A stretch of 64,000 nt of DNA from the NCBI GenBank assembly GCA_964016885.1, contig OZ024740.1, positions 346,270,001 to 346,334,000 on the forward strand. Direction: 5' to 3'. The position numbers and the translations under genes are program-made. Shown one piece after another: positions 25,800-38,413 of the stretch (its first letter is position 1; each line of letters starts with the position of its first letter). Source of the stretch: Eledone cirrhosa (Eukaryota). Below the pieces are notes generated by a model. That model had not been told where the DNA came from, searched no databases, and worked only from the letters and a program-made list of their open reading frames with translations.

Positions 25800-28498
25800 C
25801 AAGATCAAAAGATGGCCAAAAGAGTTCCAAGTATTTTATTATGCGCACCCCAAAAACAAACATCATCATGCGATGACATCCGCGCCCCCATCAGACAAAA
25901 TAGGGAGTCACGATACGAAGCCCCCCAAAACACCCGTGAGCAGTGAAGCTCTAAATCAACATATGAAAAAACAATGTAAGATGGATATATGAGACTGGGA
26001 AAAAAATGAGGGGTAGGGTAGGAAAAGGCAACGAAGAGGTAGAAAGAAAATAAAGGACGGTGGGGGAGGAGTACAAGAAGGAAGAATGAGCGACAGAGAG
26101 AGAGAAATAGGCTCCACAACTGAGAAAACACTGTCTCACAGGGAGAAACCAAAAAACCGTTGGAAGACAACAGACAATTCAAAAAGACTTTGAAACCAAA
26201 GGTTAATGAGGTCTATGGATGTTGATGTCCATGATTGAAGAAAAAGGAATTAGGAATAGTATTAATTTAGGTTCACGCACTGAAGTGTTCTACAATATGT
26301 GCTAAAAAAAGGAGACCCCATCAACATATATCATTAAAGTAAAAATATTAATGACATCAGGATAGAATGTGACAGAGGAGAAGAACAAATGAGCTATGAA
26401 CCCAGAGGAACCATCTAGGGTTTAAGTTTGCTTTCATGTACTGCAACATGCAAAAGCAAACAGTAGGCCCAACATAAGCACGGAAGGAGAGAAGAAAAAA
26501 GAGAACCTAGGAAAGAAAAAATATCCAACGTCAAAAAACTCCCATGTCCACAAAAGTCCTCTAATGATAATATCATTATATATCAAAAAATATATAGCTT
26601 TTATGGCCAATAATATGAGGAAAAACGGAAAATGGAAAATGCTGCAGTTAGTAACAATATGAACTGAGAAGCAACTGGGAAGCAAAGGTTACAGATTAAA
26701 GATTAGAAATTAAAAAAGAAAAAAAAGAAAGAAAGGAAAAAGAAAAAAAAGAAAGAAAGGAAAAACGACAAAAAGAAGAAAGACAGAGGACCACAACGAC
26801 ACAGAGCGAGCAAATTGTACAACACAATATACCGAAACAAGGCAGAAAGATGGGCATATCTGCAAAAGACACAAAAGCCTTTGAGAAAAGAAGACCTCAA
26901 ACCACTTAGGCATTGAGACACCAGCTGCACACTTCATAGAATGCCCATGGGATCCATGCAAGCAGAGCGAAAATAAATCCGTACGTCCACCCACCACAGA
27001 ATCAAAATTAGATACAATGGCAAATTTCCCGGCCAGGCAGAGACCACATGCCCCGGACAGGGAGGAACCCAGGAAAGGAAAGGCGCAGCAAACCCTCCAC
27101 CAAGAGATGCCATAGCCAATATTTTTGTCTCTTAAGGACCACACGAGCTCCGAGATGCCGTGCCAGTGTGGTCTCTGCATGGCCGGGAAATTTGCCATTG
27201 TATCTAATTTTGGTTCTGTGGTGGGTGGACGTACGGATTTATTTTCGCTCTGCTTGCATGGATCCCATGGGCATTCTATGAAGTGTGCAGCTGGTGTCTC
27301 AATGCCTAAGTGGTTTGAGGTCTTCTTTTCTCAAAGGCTTTTGTGTGTTTTGCAGATATGCCCATCTTTCTGCCATGTTTCGGTATATTGTGTTGTACAA
27401 TTTGCTCGCTCTGTGTCGTTGTGGTCCTCTGTCTTTCTTCTTTTTGTCCTTTTTCCATTCTTTCTTTTTTTCTTTTTTAATTTCTAATCTTTAATCTGTA
27501 ACCTTTGCTTCCCAGTTGCTTCTCAGTTCATATTGTTACTAACTGCGGCATTTTCCATTTTCCGTTTTTCCTCATATTATTGGCCATAAAAGCTATATAT
27601 TTGTTGATATATAATGATATGATCATTAGAGGATTTTTCTGGACATGGGAGCTTTTTGACGTTGGATATTTTTTCTTCCTTAGGTTCTCTTTATTCTTCT
27701 CTCCTTCCGTGCTTGTTTTGGGCCTACTGTTTGCTTTTTCATGTTGCAGTACATGAAAGCAAACTTAAACCCTAGATGGTTCCTCTGGGTTCATAGCTCA
27801 TTTCTTCTTCTCCTTCTGTCACATTCAATCCTGATGTCATTAATATTTTTATTTTAATGATACATGTTGATGGGTTCTTCTTTTTTTAGCACATATTGTA
27901 GAACACTTCAGTGCGTGAACCTAAATTAATACTATTCCTAATTCCTTTTTCTTCAATCATGGACATCAACATCCATAGACCTCATTAACCTTTGGTTTCA
28001 AAGTCTTTTTGAAATGTCTGTTGTCTTCAAACGGTTTTTTGGTTTCTCCCTGTGAGACAGTGTTTTCTCAGTTGTGGAGCCTATTCTCTCTCTCTGTCGC
28101 TCATTTCTCCTCCTCTCTCATTCTTCCTTCTTGTACTCCTCCCCCACCGTCCTTTATTTTCTTTCTTCCTCTTCGTTGCCTTTTCCTACCCCTCCATCCC
28201 TCCTTTTTTTCCCAGTCTCATGTATCCATCTTACTTTGTTTTTTCATATATTGATTTAGGGCTTCACTGCCCACGGGTGTTTTGGGGGCTTCGTATCATG
28301 CCTCCCTATTTTGTCTGATGGGGGCGCGGATATCATCCCATGATGATGTTTGATTTGGGGGTGCGCATAATAAAATACTTGGAACTCTTTTGGCCATCTT
28401 TTGATCTTATATTATTTATACTTCAGCCCTATAAACTGTAGAGTGCTACATATCCGATATTAGCATTGCGTTATTGTGCTACAATAAAACTCACCTCC

Positions 28499-28502
<4 letters not shown>
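25795..28502. mobile_element. PLE fold-back (minus copy 25795-27165; plus copy 27166-28502) with A-to-G hypermutated segments
   Basis: Inverted arms of about 1.25 kb surround a ~118-bp spacer. The GIY-YIG C-terminus is recognisable (LVWSLRDKNI.Y.ISW..CGLCLAGKFAI..VVGGRTDL..CLH). The same 3' tail occurs alone at 43001-43072. Confidence 0.85.
28307..28377 (+). ncRNA. Hammerhead fossil with core A replaced by G (mirror copy 25832-25902 on minus strand)
   Basis: TATTTTGT-CTGATGG-gggcgcggat-atcatc-ccat-gatgat-gtttgatttg-GGGG-T-gcgc-A-TA-ATAAAATA: 8-bp stem I, long stem II, palindromic GCGC loop 3. CTGATGA reads CTGATGG and GAAA reads GGGG. Confidence 0.75.
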
Positions 28503-28543
<41 letters not shown>

Positions 28544-28549
<6 letters not shown>

Positions 28550-31500
28550 TAACAAAAGCAATTAAATAAACACGAAGAACAACTTCTTTATATTAAAACA
28601 TTCATCATTTTACGATTTTTTCTGGGATGTATATGTGTGTTGGTAGGCATATCATATAGATCTACGTAAAAATATTACGAATTATCAGAGGAAATATACA
28701 TACCTTCACATATACATGCCGTCCTCAGAAATGATGAGATGTGTTTATTGAAAATAACAAAGAATTAATATAAAGGGTCTGTTTGGGAACAGGTTTTGAA
28801 TTGACCAATATATATAAGGAAAATCTGAAGTAGATAAAATAATTTTTTATAAAGAATATTGTATCTATAGGGACATTGATGATATTAAAGATATCAATTA
28901 TATTTCATAATCATAGGTATTAAATGTGATAAATAGGGGATGCGAATAAATGAAGTAGTGTGGTTAAAACTAATTTTAGGAAGTGAGAGCTGTAAGAGCC
29001 AAAACAATATCAACTTCACTGTAGTAAAATACTAAATATAGGTTAACTAAATTAAAAACCAATTATAATAATTTGTAAAATATAAGAGTAAGGTGTATAT
29101 TAATTAGGTTTATAATATTTGAAGGTTCTTCTAATTCTATGACTGCAATATATAATTAATTGCTGTTGCTTATTTAATAGGATATCCTTAGATTTCATGA
29201 TTTCTTGAGAGCATAACCTACACTCGTATCTGCTATGTTGATAAGGGTGGCCATTTTGAGCACGTTCCAGGTCAGGTTGTAATCTATGTCCTTTTTTCTA
29301 TAATTATTAATTGTTTCAGCCAAGGATGTTGTATTAGCTAATGCGGCATTTTTAAAACTATGTTTGTGGGTATTAAATCTTACTTTAAATTGCTTAGACG
29401 TAGCTCCTATATATAAATAAATATAGTCCTTAGTGCTAACGTTACATTTAATACTATGTTATTAATAAGACAATTTCCCTTTAATGGGCAATTTCTTTTG
29501 ATTCTACAGTTACAACCATTCGTGAATATTATATCAGGGGAGTTGGTTAAATTTGGTGTGGAATTTACAGGACATGTTATAGGTGAAGGAGATGGTGGTT
29601 TGTTATGGTTTATTTTAGTATTATTATGGTGGGTTTGATGTGTTGGTGGTATATTTATGTTTTTTTTACACTTATATGCGTTGTACGCACTTATATTCTG
29701 TTGTAAATATTTGGTAGTGGAGTAGGATTATTTGACTGTCGATCTATTTAAAATTTGATGGTATTTATGGTTTGGTGGGAAGTTTTTCTCTAGGATAGCA
29801 AATGATTTTTTAAGGATATTGTCTTTAATTTGTAGATTAAATGGAGCATTATGCCAAGTAACCCGTCTATTATGGTTTCGATATTTGTTCTTATATTTAT
29901 ACGATGTATCAGGAGGTTTACTAAGAGAGTTACTATTAGTGATTTTATTATATATAGGTTTAGTTAGATTAACTGATTTAGGTGTTTTAGTCTGATTACT
30001 AGAATTGTGTTACTAGTGCAGTTAACATATGTTGGAGTATTAGGATAAATGGTTTTTTGAAAGTCATTATATTTTATGTGAGAAGAGGTAGAAAAATTAA
30101 GTTTAGGTTGGTGTTTTCGGTGTAGTATGAGTGGCATTTAGGTGTGGGTATTTCATTTGGTGTTCGTTGGTAATATTAGGTTGTATGTTTGAAATATTAT
30201 TGGTGCAAGGTATGTATACTAATTTGTTTTTGTGGCCACTTCTAGCTAAAGCTTCGTTATAAAAGGGCGCATTTTTATCGAATACATCCTGATTTGATGA
30301 AAGGTTAGGGAACCTGAGTGAGATGTTATATGCTAGGTTTTTAAAGATAGATCTAGTGTGATTAGATTGTGAGTGTATGTAATGCAAGTTTTGGTTAGGT
30401 TTATGGTAAGGTTGGTAGATACCCGTAGATAGGTCCAAAGTGATATCTAGGAAATTGACTATTTTACTGGTGTTTTCAAATGTGATAGTGAGATTATAAT
30501 ACTCTTTGGGAAAAGTTCTAAGTTTTTTATTTCTTTCAATTTCGGATAGGCTAAGATTAGTGGATAGAAGAAGACAGTCATCACGATATAAACCACCGTT
30601 AAGGTGGAGGAAAGATGAATTAATGTTAAATAGAAGAAAGAGGTCCACAAGATCGATAATTTGGGCGGAATCACTACAGCCCATAGTTATATCGAAGAGA
30701 TTACTATATGTATTTCTGGTCTAGTGTTCCTTCTGAAACTCCAGTAGTGTTTGTCTAGCGTGCGTGATAATATTTATGTCATCCTTTTTATAACGAAGAT
30801 TTAGCTAGAAGTGGCCACAAAAACAAATTAGTATACATAAATTGCACCAATAATATTTCAAACATACAACATAATATTACCAACAAACACCAAATGAAAA
30901 ACCCACACCTAAATGCCACTCATACTACAACTAAAAACACCAACCTAAAACTTAATTTCTCTTCCTCTTCTCACATAAAATATAATGACTTTCAAAAAAC
31001 CATTTATCCTAATACTCCAACATATGTTAACAACATTACTAACAGAATTCCTAGTAATCAGACTAAAACACCTAAATAAGTTAATCTAACTAAACCTATA
31101 TGTAATAAAATCACTAATAGTAACTCTCTTAGTAAACTTCCTGATACATCGTATAAATATAAGAAACAATATCGAAACTGTAATAGACGGGTTATTTGGT
31201 ATAATGCTCCATTTAATCTACAAATTAGAGACAATATCCCCCCAAAATTAGTTGCTCTCCTAGAGAAAAACTTCCCACCAAACAATAAATACCATAACAT
31301 TTTAAATAGATCTACAGTCAAATTCTCCTACTCCACAACCAAAGTTTTACGACAGAATTTAAGTGCGTACAACGCATTAAAGTGTAAAAGCCATTAATAT
31401 ACCACCAAATATACCAACATCACATCAAACCAACCATAATAATACTAAAATAAACCATAACAAACCACCATCCCCTTCACCTATAACATGTCCTGTAAAT

Positions 31501-33247
31501 TCCACACCAAATTTAACCAACTCCCCTGATATAATATTCACGAATGGTTGTAATTGTAGAATCAGAAGAAATTGCCCATTAAAGGGAAATTGTCTTATTA
31601 ATAACAGAGTATATAAATGTAAAGTTAGCACTAAGGACTATATTTATTTATATATAGGAGCTACGTCTAAGCAATTTAAAGTAAGATTTAATACCCACAA
31701 ACATAGTTTTAAAAATGCCGCATTAGCTAATACAACATCCTTGGCTGAAACAATTAATAATTATAGAAAAAAGGACATAGATTACAACCTGACCTGGAAC
31801 GTGCTCAAAATGGCCACCCTTATCAACATAGCAGATACGAGTGTAGGTTATGCTCTCAAGAAATCATGAAATCTAAGGATATCCTATTAAATAAGCAACA
31901 GGAATTAATTATATCTTGCAATCATAGAATTAGAAGAACCTTCAAATATTATAAACCTAATTAATATACACCTGACTCTTATATTTTACAAATTATTATA
32001 ATTGGTTTTTAATTTAGTTAACCTATAATTAGTATTTTACTACAGATAAGTTGATATTTTTTTTGCCTTTTACAGCTCTCTCTTCCTAAAATCATTTTTA
32101 ACCTCACTACTTCATTTTTTCGCATCCCCAATTTATCACATTTAATACCTATGATTATGAAATATAATTAATATCTTTAATATCATCAATGTCCGTATAG
32201 ATACAATACTCTTTATAAAAAGATTATTTTATCTACTTCAGATTTTCCATATATATATATTTTATTTTTATTGCTTCAATTTCTTACTTCTTTAACTATC
32301 ACATTCTTTAATTATCACATTCTTTAATAACATCAAGTTTTTATTTATCACATTCATATGAATTAATATAACTTTATCCCTGTAAGTATACCTATAAATT
32401 AATTTAATTTCCTGTTATGTATTTATATTCCTTGTAGTTTAAATAAGATTAGTATTTCTCACTAATACCCTTTTCCCAAAATTTTATTTTCCTTCGTTTT
32501 TAACAACACTCTTTAATAACATCAAGTTTTTATTTATCACATTCAAATGAATTAATATAACTTTATCCCTGTAAGTATACCTATCAATTAATTTAATTTA
32601 TTGTTATATATCTAGATTCCTTGTGGTTTAAATAAGATAGATATTTCTCAATAATACCCTTACACTAAAATTTTATTTTCCTTCGTTTTTAACAATATTA
32701 TTTAATAACATCAAATTTTCGTGTACCCTTCACAATCTTCATGACTTGATATCATTTCATCTCCACGGTATTCTTTTCATTCAAAGCATAAGTCTGCACT
32801 CCTATACCCCTAGATTTAATCTCTACTACTGTCATTCTATCAACTTGACCTATAACTCCTTTTCTTTTGGTCAATTCAAAACCTGTTCCCAAACAGACGC
32901 ATTATATAATTCTTTCTTTTTTTTCAATAAACACATCTCATCATTTCTGAGGACGGCATGTATATGTGAAGGTATGTATATTTCCTCTGATAATTTGTAA
33001 TATTTTTACATAGATCTATATGATATGCCTACCAACACACATATACATCCCAGAAACAATCGTAAATGAAATAAACACAAAGAACTTGTTCTTTGTGTTT
33101 ATTTCATTGCTTTTATTAATTTATCTTGACTCAGTTTTCCTATTATTTTTATCGTAAATTTTGTAATGTATCTTCACTATTCATGATATCTTATATATTT
33201 GGATTACATTGAGTTCTTCATACGGATTTGACACTACCGTAGACTAC

Positions 33248-33248
<1 letters not shown>
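28544..33248. mobile_element. AT-rich PLE fold-back (minus copy 28544-30785 reaching into RT; plus copy 30786-33248 with tail)
   Basis: The minus frame gives MGCSDSAQIIDLVDL..GGLYRDDCL..NFLDITLDL..PYHKPN. The plus frame gives VIWYNAPF, CNCRIRRNCPLKGNC and YIGATS. The arms are reverse complements, except that the right arm has an extra ~630 bp (32230-32865) containing a ~190-bp tandem duplication. Confidence 0.88.
32938..33069 (+). ncRNA. Type I hammerhead with ~100-nt stem II (mirror copy 28602-28737 on minus strand)
   Basis: The two-arm consensus is TCATCATTT-CTGAGGA-cggc-ATGTATATGTG..CACATATACAT-ccca-GAAA-C-aatc-G-TA-AAATGATGA. Stem I is a perfect 9 bp in the left copy; stem III is intact in the right copy. 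Confidence 0.7.
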
Positions 33249-33343
<95 letters not shown>

Positions 33344-33392
33344 TTATATATATTCATATATATTCATATATATTCATGTATATATATATATA

Positions 33393-33467
<75 letters not shown>

Positions 33468-33681
33468 CTGCTCTGTAAAACACCCGATGTTTTTACAATG
33501 AGGTATTTATCTTACTGGTAATAAGATAGTAATTAATGACTATCTTTCACTATTTAAGGTTTGTATAAAAAATATATTACCATAAAAGGTTTTATTACAT
33601 ACATAACCATAAATAGTATCCTTAATACTATATATATATATATATATATATATATTTTACAAATTCCTTTGTCATATTCCA

Positions 33682-33722
33682 ATACCTGATGATATTACCG
33701 GTCATTGAAATGATCATAGTAT
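33682..33722 (+). ncRNA. Minimal type I hammerhead in a short PLE end (about 33655-33780) between TA tracts
   Basis: ATAC-CTGATGA-tattaccggtcatt-GAAA-T-gatc-A-TA-GTAT. Confidence 0.8.
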
Positions 33723-33775
33723 AATAAACCTTTCAAGGATTTACACCAGTCCAGCCTCCTGTTATTTTATTTATT

Positions 33776-33865
<90 letters not shown>

Positions 33866-34807
33866 CATATATAAATCTATATACACACCTGTCTACAAGC
33901 TGAATTAATGAAGGCCCGCCCGAGATATTTCAACAAAACATTCAGATATCAATCTACCCAAACTATGAATGTGAACACATATATATATAACGAAAACAAA
34001 AAACAAATTATTAGTTTGTTAAGTTTATCAACAAAATGTGACGTTTAAAATGTGTTTTTCACTGTAAGATTAGTCTTAGTTTGGTGATAATTCATCATAC
34101 TCGACGGAATTGGACAGTGAGAAAGTTTTGTCTCCTCACGCCGATATGTAGTCTCGAACATTTAATCAAATAAGTTTTAATTAAAAGATGGCCATGGATG
34201 GTGCGAGCGCACGATTATATTTATATAAGTATAAATAAGTATAACTCTTTTGAGATATATAGTTCAAAATGTTTTAGAAAATCCACAACAACACATGCTA
34301 GCTTAATAAATGTTTATATGTATATATTATTCAGAAATTCACATTCTTAAATATACATACTGCAATTAGGTGAACATTTTCTAAAAATGCCATCTGAAAT
34401 TCAAGCGATGATTCTTTCTTCCCCATTACAAATTAGATTTCTGGAATGAATAAAACTGGCATGAAATTGTATGACATTTAGTACCAAGTATACTATCTTC
34501 CTCTTTCCTGCCTTAATCTATTTCATATTTAAATGTCTTTTGTCTTAATTCGATCACAAATCTGTTTTTTAATTATTTCAACTCGTAATATTTTGTATAT
34601 ATTCAGTTTAGTGAGATTTGTTATATACAAAATAGTTAGATAATCTACAAAGCTTACAGAAAATGTGATAAAATGTCTATACATTAAAATGTCTATACAT
34701 TAAAAAAAAAAAAGGAAAAGAAGAACAGGAGTAAGAAAAAAGGAATTAAGAAACTAGAGTGAGAAGAGAAAGAGCGACAGCATCTACGCCCTAGTCAAAG
34801 TCGTGTT

Positions 34808-35690
34808 TCAGCTGCACTCCGCAGACAAAACGACAGAGTTATTGCCGCGAAATAGGGCTACCAACACCCGTTGCAACCCGCTGGGCCTGGGTGCTCTCCT
34901 TCCGATTTTACAAAGGAAATCAGCAATGCAAGGACCGAGAAAACATGAGGTCTCGACGGCGACTAGTACGAAAAATAAAAGGTCCGTCAACCACTGGTAT
35001 TGAGTTATCTTCCTCTCCTCAGCGTTACGGGCTATGGAGGTTGGGTTTGAGGCTGAAGCTACAACGCTGGAGACTGAGAACGAGTCGTAATACGACACGA
35101 CAAGATAAAGGATTTTTCTCGTCATCACAGTCGGGGTTAGCTGAATCCAGTTGCAAAGGGAAACCGGATGCGATGAGGCTCCTTCTGATTATATCTTTCA
35201 GAGTGGTGTGTCGTTGGAACAAGCCCATGCTGTCGCGGCCTGATAGCGTGTGTAGAGCAAACGTGACAGCAAAAGCTCTGCAATGGTATTTTTGTGGTTC
35301 ACATAAGTGGAGGCCGAGGTTCTGGACCTCTCTGATGCTCATCAAGATGGGTAGCAGTTAATGAGGTGAGCATCGAATTGAGCCACGTGTCGCTGTTTGG
35401 TCGTGATACGGAAGAAATTCAGGGCAGACGAATTTGGAAGGAAGATTCTATCCGCATGATGATGGATTATGCACTTGACGTCATTCCAGTTACGTTCGTC
35501 ATCTCTGTACCTGTGGTCCAATGGCCAAAGCTGGCTACAGTTCACAGGACACTTCAGGTTCTATCATCATGCGGAGAGTCCCCTGATGAAATGCCACAGG
35601 AGGACATTGAGGAAAAATAGGCACACATAAGCAAGTCAAAACTGTACCTGAGGCAGAAGGCACCGAATATGTATGTATTTGTCTCTGTTG
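34808..35690 (-). mobile_element. CRE-like non-LTR retrotransposon relic (REL endonuclease C-terminus)
   Basis: RHTTLKDIIRRSL..SGFP and AEERKITQY..FVLVAVETSCFLG..FL.KIG..LQRV.VALFRGN match the CRE-type REL C-terminal pattern. The sequence is degenerate. Confidence 0.7.
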
Positions 35691-36523
35691 TTGTCGAAAG
35701 ATAGTTGTAATTTTCTGTCCAATCTTTGTTGTTATATTATATCACAGGAATCTTACAAACTTATCTTCTCTTGCGACAAGAATGAGATGTTTAATCTGAG
35801 ATGCTCAAGCTTGCACTATCACACAAATGCACTATATGCAAATAAGTATATTCCTGGAACCTGTGTTTTGAGGTTCTATGATAGCTGATGAAATAACTGT
35901 TATATAATCATAGACTAAAATAAGACATATTTATGATAATTATACAAAAATGTGAGGTCAAATCCTATATGTACGTATGGGTTTACCGAACATTTATTAT
36001 AATGCTCGGTACATATATATGTGTGTGCATGTATGTATATATATACATACTACTGTACATCTGTATACATATATGTAATACGTATACATACTTACATTTA
36101 AGTATCAGCCGTACTAAGAGTGAGAAATGAAATTTCATTTCATTATTTTCCATTTATCGTTTTCGGTACGCCCGGCCGACTAACTCACTCGATATGCAAA
36201 TTAGACTGCTCAGCCGTTAATATTCATAAGGAAAGTATATACTTTCAAACGTTCAATCATCTGACAGGAAGGTATACGATGCTGACTATTGGTAATAAGC
36301 TTGAAACTAGTTCATCGTTCTTTTGTCAGTGTTGAACAAAAAGGGCGACGATGGTTGCCGAACACTGTACGGCTTAATTTGGGCTGTTTGTTTAAAAACA
36401 AACCGAGCATTATAATAAATATATTATAATAATAATGTTCGGTAAACCCATACGTACATATATATATGTGTGTGCATGTATGTATATATATACATACTAC
36501 TGTACGTCTGTATACATACTTAC

Positions 36524-36561
<38 letters not shown>

Positions 36562-37539
36562 GCACAGCTATATGTTTATATGTATGCACACATGCATATG
36601 TATTCGTGTGTACAGAGAAACAAGCAAGTAGTTATGTTCATATATAGATACGTAAATATTAACCAATTATGGTTTTATGTTTGCTATACTTTGATATTGA
36701 CAGAGATTTTGCCTGCTTCTCTTTGTTTCTGTATATGAGTAAGATTATCATTGAGGTGTAACTTAAAAACAGAGATAGACTAATGCAAGGCCGGAAGAAA
36801 ATTTAATGAATTTTTGCTTTCATGTGGTGAGTTTCATTAAAACAATGACTGTAGGGGTGTACAACAATTTCCTAATAAATGTGCATATTGTTAGCAGCAC
36901 ACTGAGACTGACAGGAAAATATCTTACCGTATAAATACAAGCCCGTATTCACAAGTATACAGATAATGAGAGTAAAAGGAAAAACAGAGAGAGAGTGTGA
37001 GAGATATAGAGAGAGCTAAAGGCGACATAGAATGAGCGGCAGACGATTAAAGAGTGTAGCAGTTGAAAACAAGGTACAAATGTGAAGACACGTGTTAGAC
37101 AACAAATATATACAAAAATCTTAAACAATGTATGTACAATGAACATATTTACCCTGAATATAAAGAAGAAAATCCTGACGTCCACGTTAGAACAAAAGAG
37201 GAAAGGGAAATACGAAAAGGCTTAACAGAGTACGAAGCTAGAGAACAGATATGTTTCGAGTGTGTGTGTGTGTGCTTAGATGTATGTGTATGGGTAAGTC
37301 ATATGCAAACCCATACGCATACATGTGTGTTTATTGCGTGTGTCCGGCTGTACCTATTTTTCTGTGTCTGCGTACGTCGTGTGTGTTTCTAATTTTAGTC
37401 CACGAAATGTTTGAATATATAAAAATGTATAGCGTAAATAAATTAGTTTACTACGTAAAGAATAAGTTAAAATTCTACAAAATATTTAGAATTTTTCTAG
37501 TATAATACATTGTACTATAATCTCAATACTGGTGTAGAC

Positions 37540-37960
37540 TATGAAACCCATCATGCATAGAGAGAAGAATACTTAGCAAATCTATACTTAGAGGAATAGT
37601 CGGGACCATTAGGAATAAATCCTACATTTCTCAGTGTGAAAAGAGCGAATCTGCAGTTAAGCGGTTGAACTCCTTTAATATCAACAAAGCTAGATTCATC
37701 CAGTTCGACAAAGTGGACTTTTGCCCGACTCATTTGACCCCTCCCCCCCCCCAACCTATTAGATAAAGATTTGGATTTCGCCACTACGAACAGCTCCGTC
37801 AATGACTTGGACAGCCAGATCATAACGTACAACAGGAAAGCAGTCATTTTCATTCACGGATAAGCCTAGACTAAAAAAAAAAAAAAAAAAAAAATGAAAA
37901 AAAAAAATCAATTTTCTTTGAAAGAATCCTTATATTGCGCAGCCCATTTATTGGGTCATC
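37540..37960 (+). pseudogene. Old degenerate PLE RT fragment
   Basis: The plus frame KARFIQFDKVDFCP..LLDKDLDFA..QIITYNRKAVIF parallels HCRFIPFDINNYYS..LLLRAINFA..DVILNARKSVIN of the 15-17 kb element. Confidence 0.6.
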
Positions 37961-38413
37961 AGCCATTGGTATGTGTTTCTGGCGCCAGTTCGGTCAGTTT
38001 CCTTGAATTTCCTCTATTTGATTCGTTGATGGAGACTTTCAAATGACCGACAACTATCAATTGTGCATACTTTGTCTCAAACAAAGCTCATGATTAACTT
38101 TAAATGATCCTTTCACTGCTTGATACATACACAAGTCTATAAATTTTAAGGTGGGTCATAGATATATAAGAATATCTATGAACTAAATTCCATAACCCAA
38201 TTCATATTCATTCCACTAAGAATGTACCTTTATACAATTATAATGTTTTGGGTTGCTAAGTCGCAGGTCGGCTCTGATTGAGAAGAAATGTATTTCAAGA
38301 ATTCCATCCATGACAAACTCTTCATTTCAAAAGTATATAGGAATTCCTGAAGAATGCAGTTAATATTATATTTTTCACGAGTTCAGATATGTTGACTATT
38401 AAACGTAGATCAT

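Noticed and set aside
26703-27756. Mirror-image ORF pairs on both strands
   Set aside because: They are a by-product of the inverted repeat, and of A-depletion removing stop codons. Only the GIY-YIG tail is meaningful.
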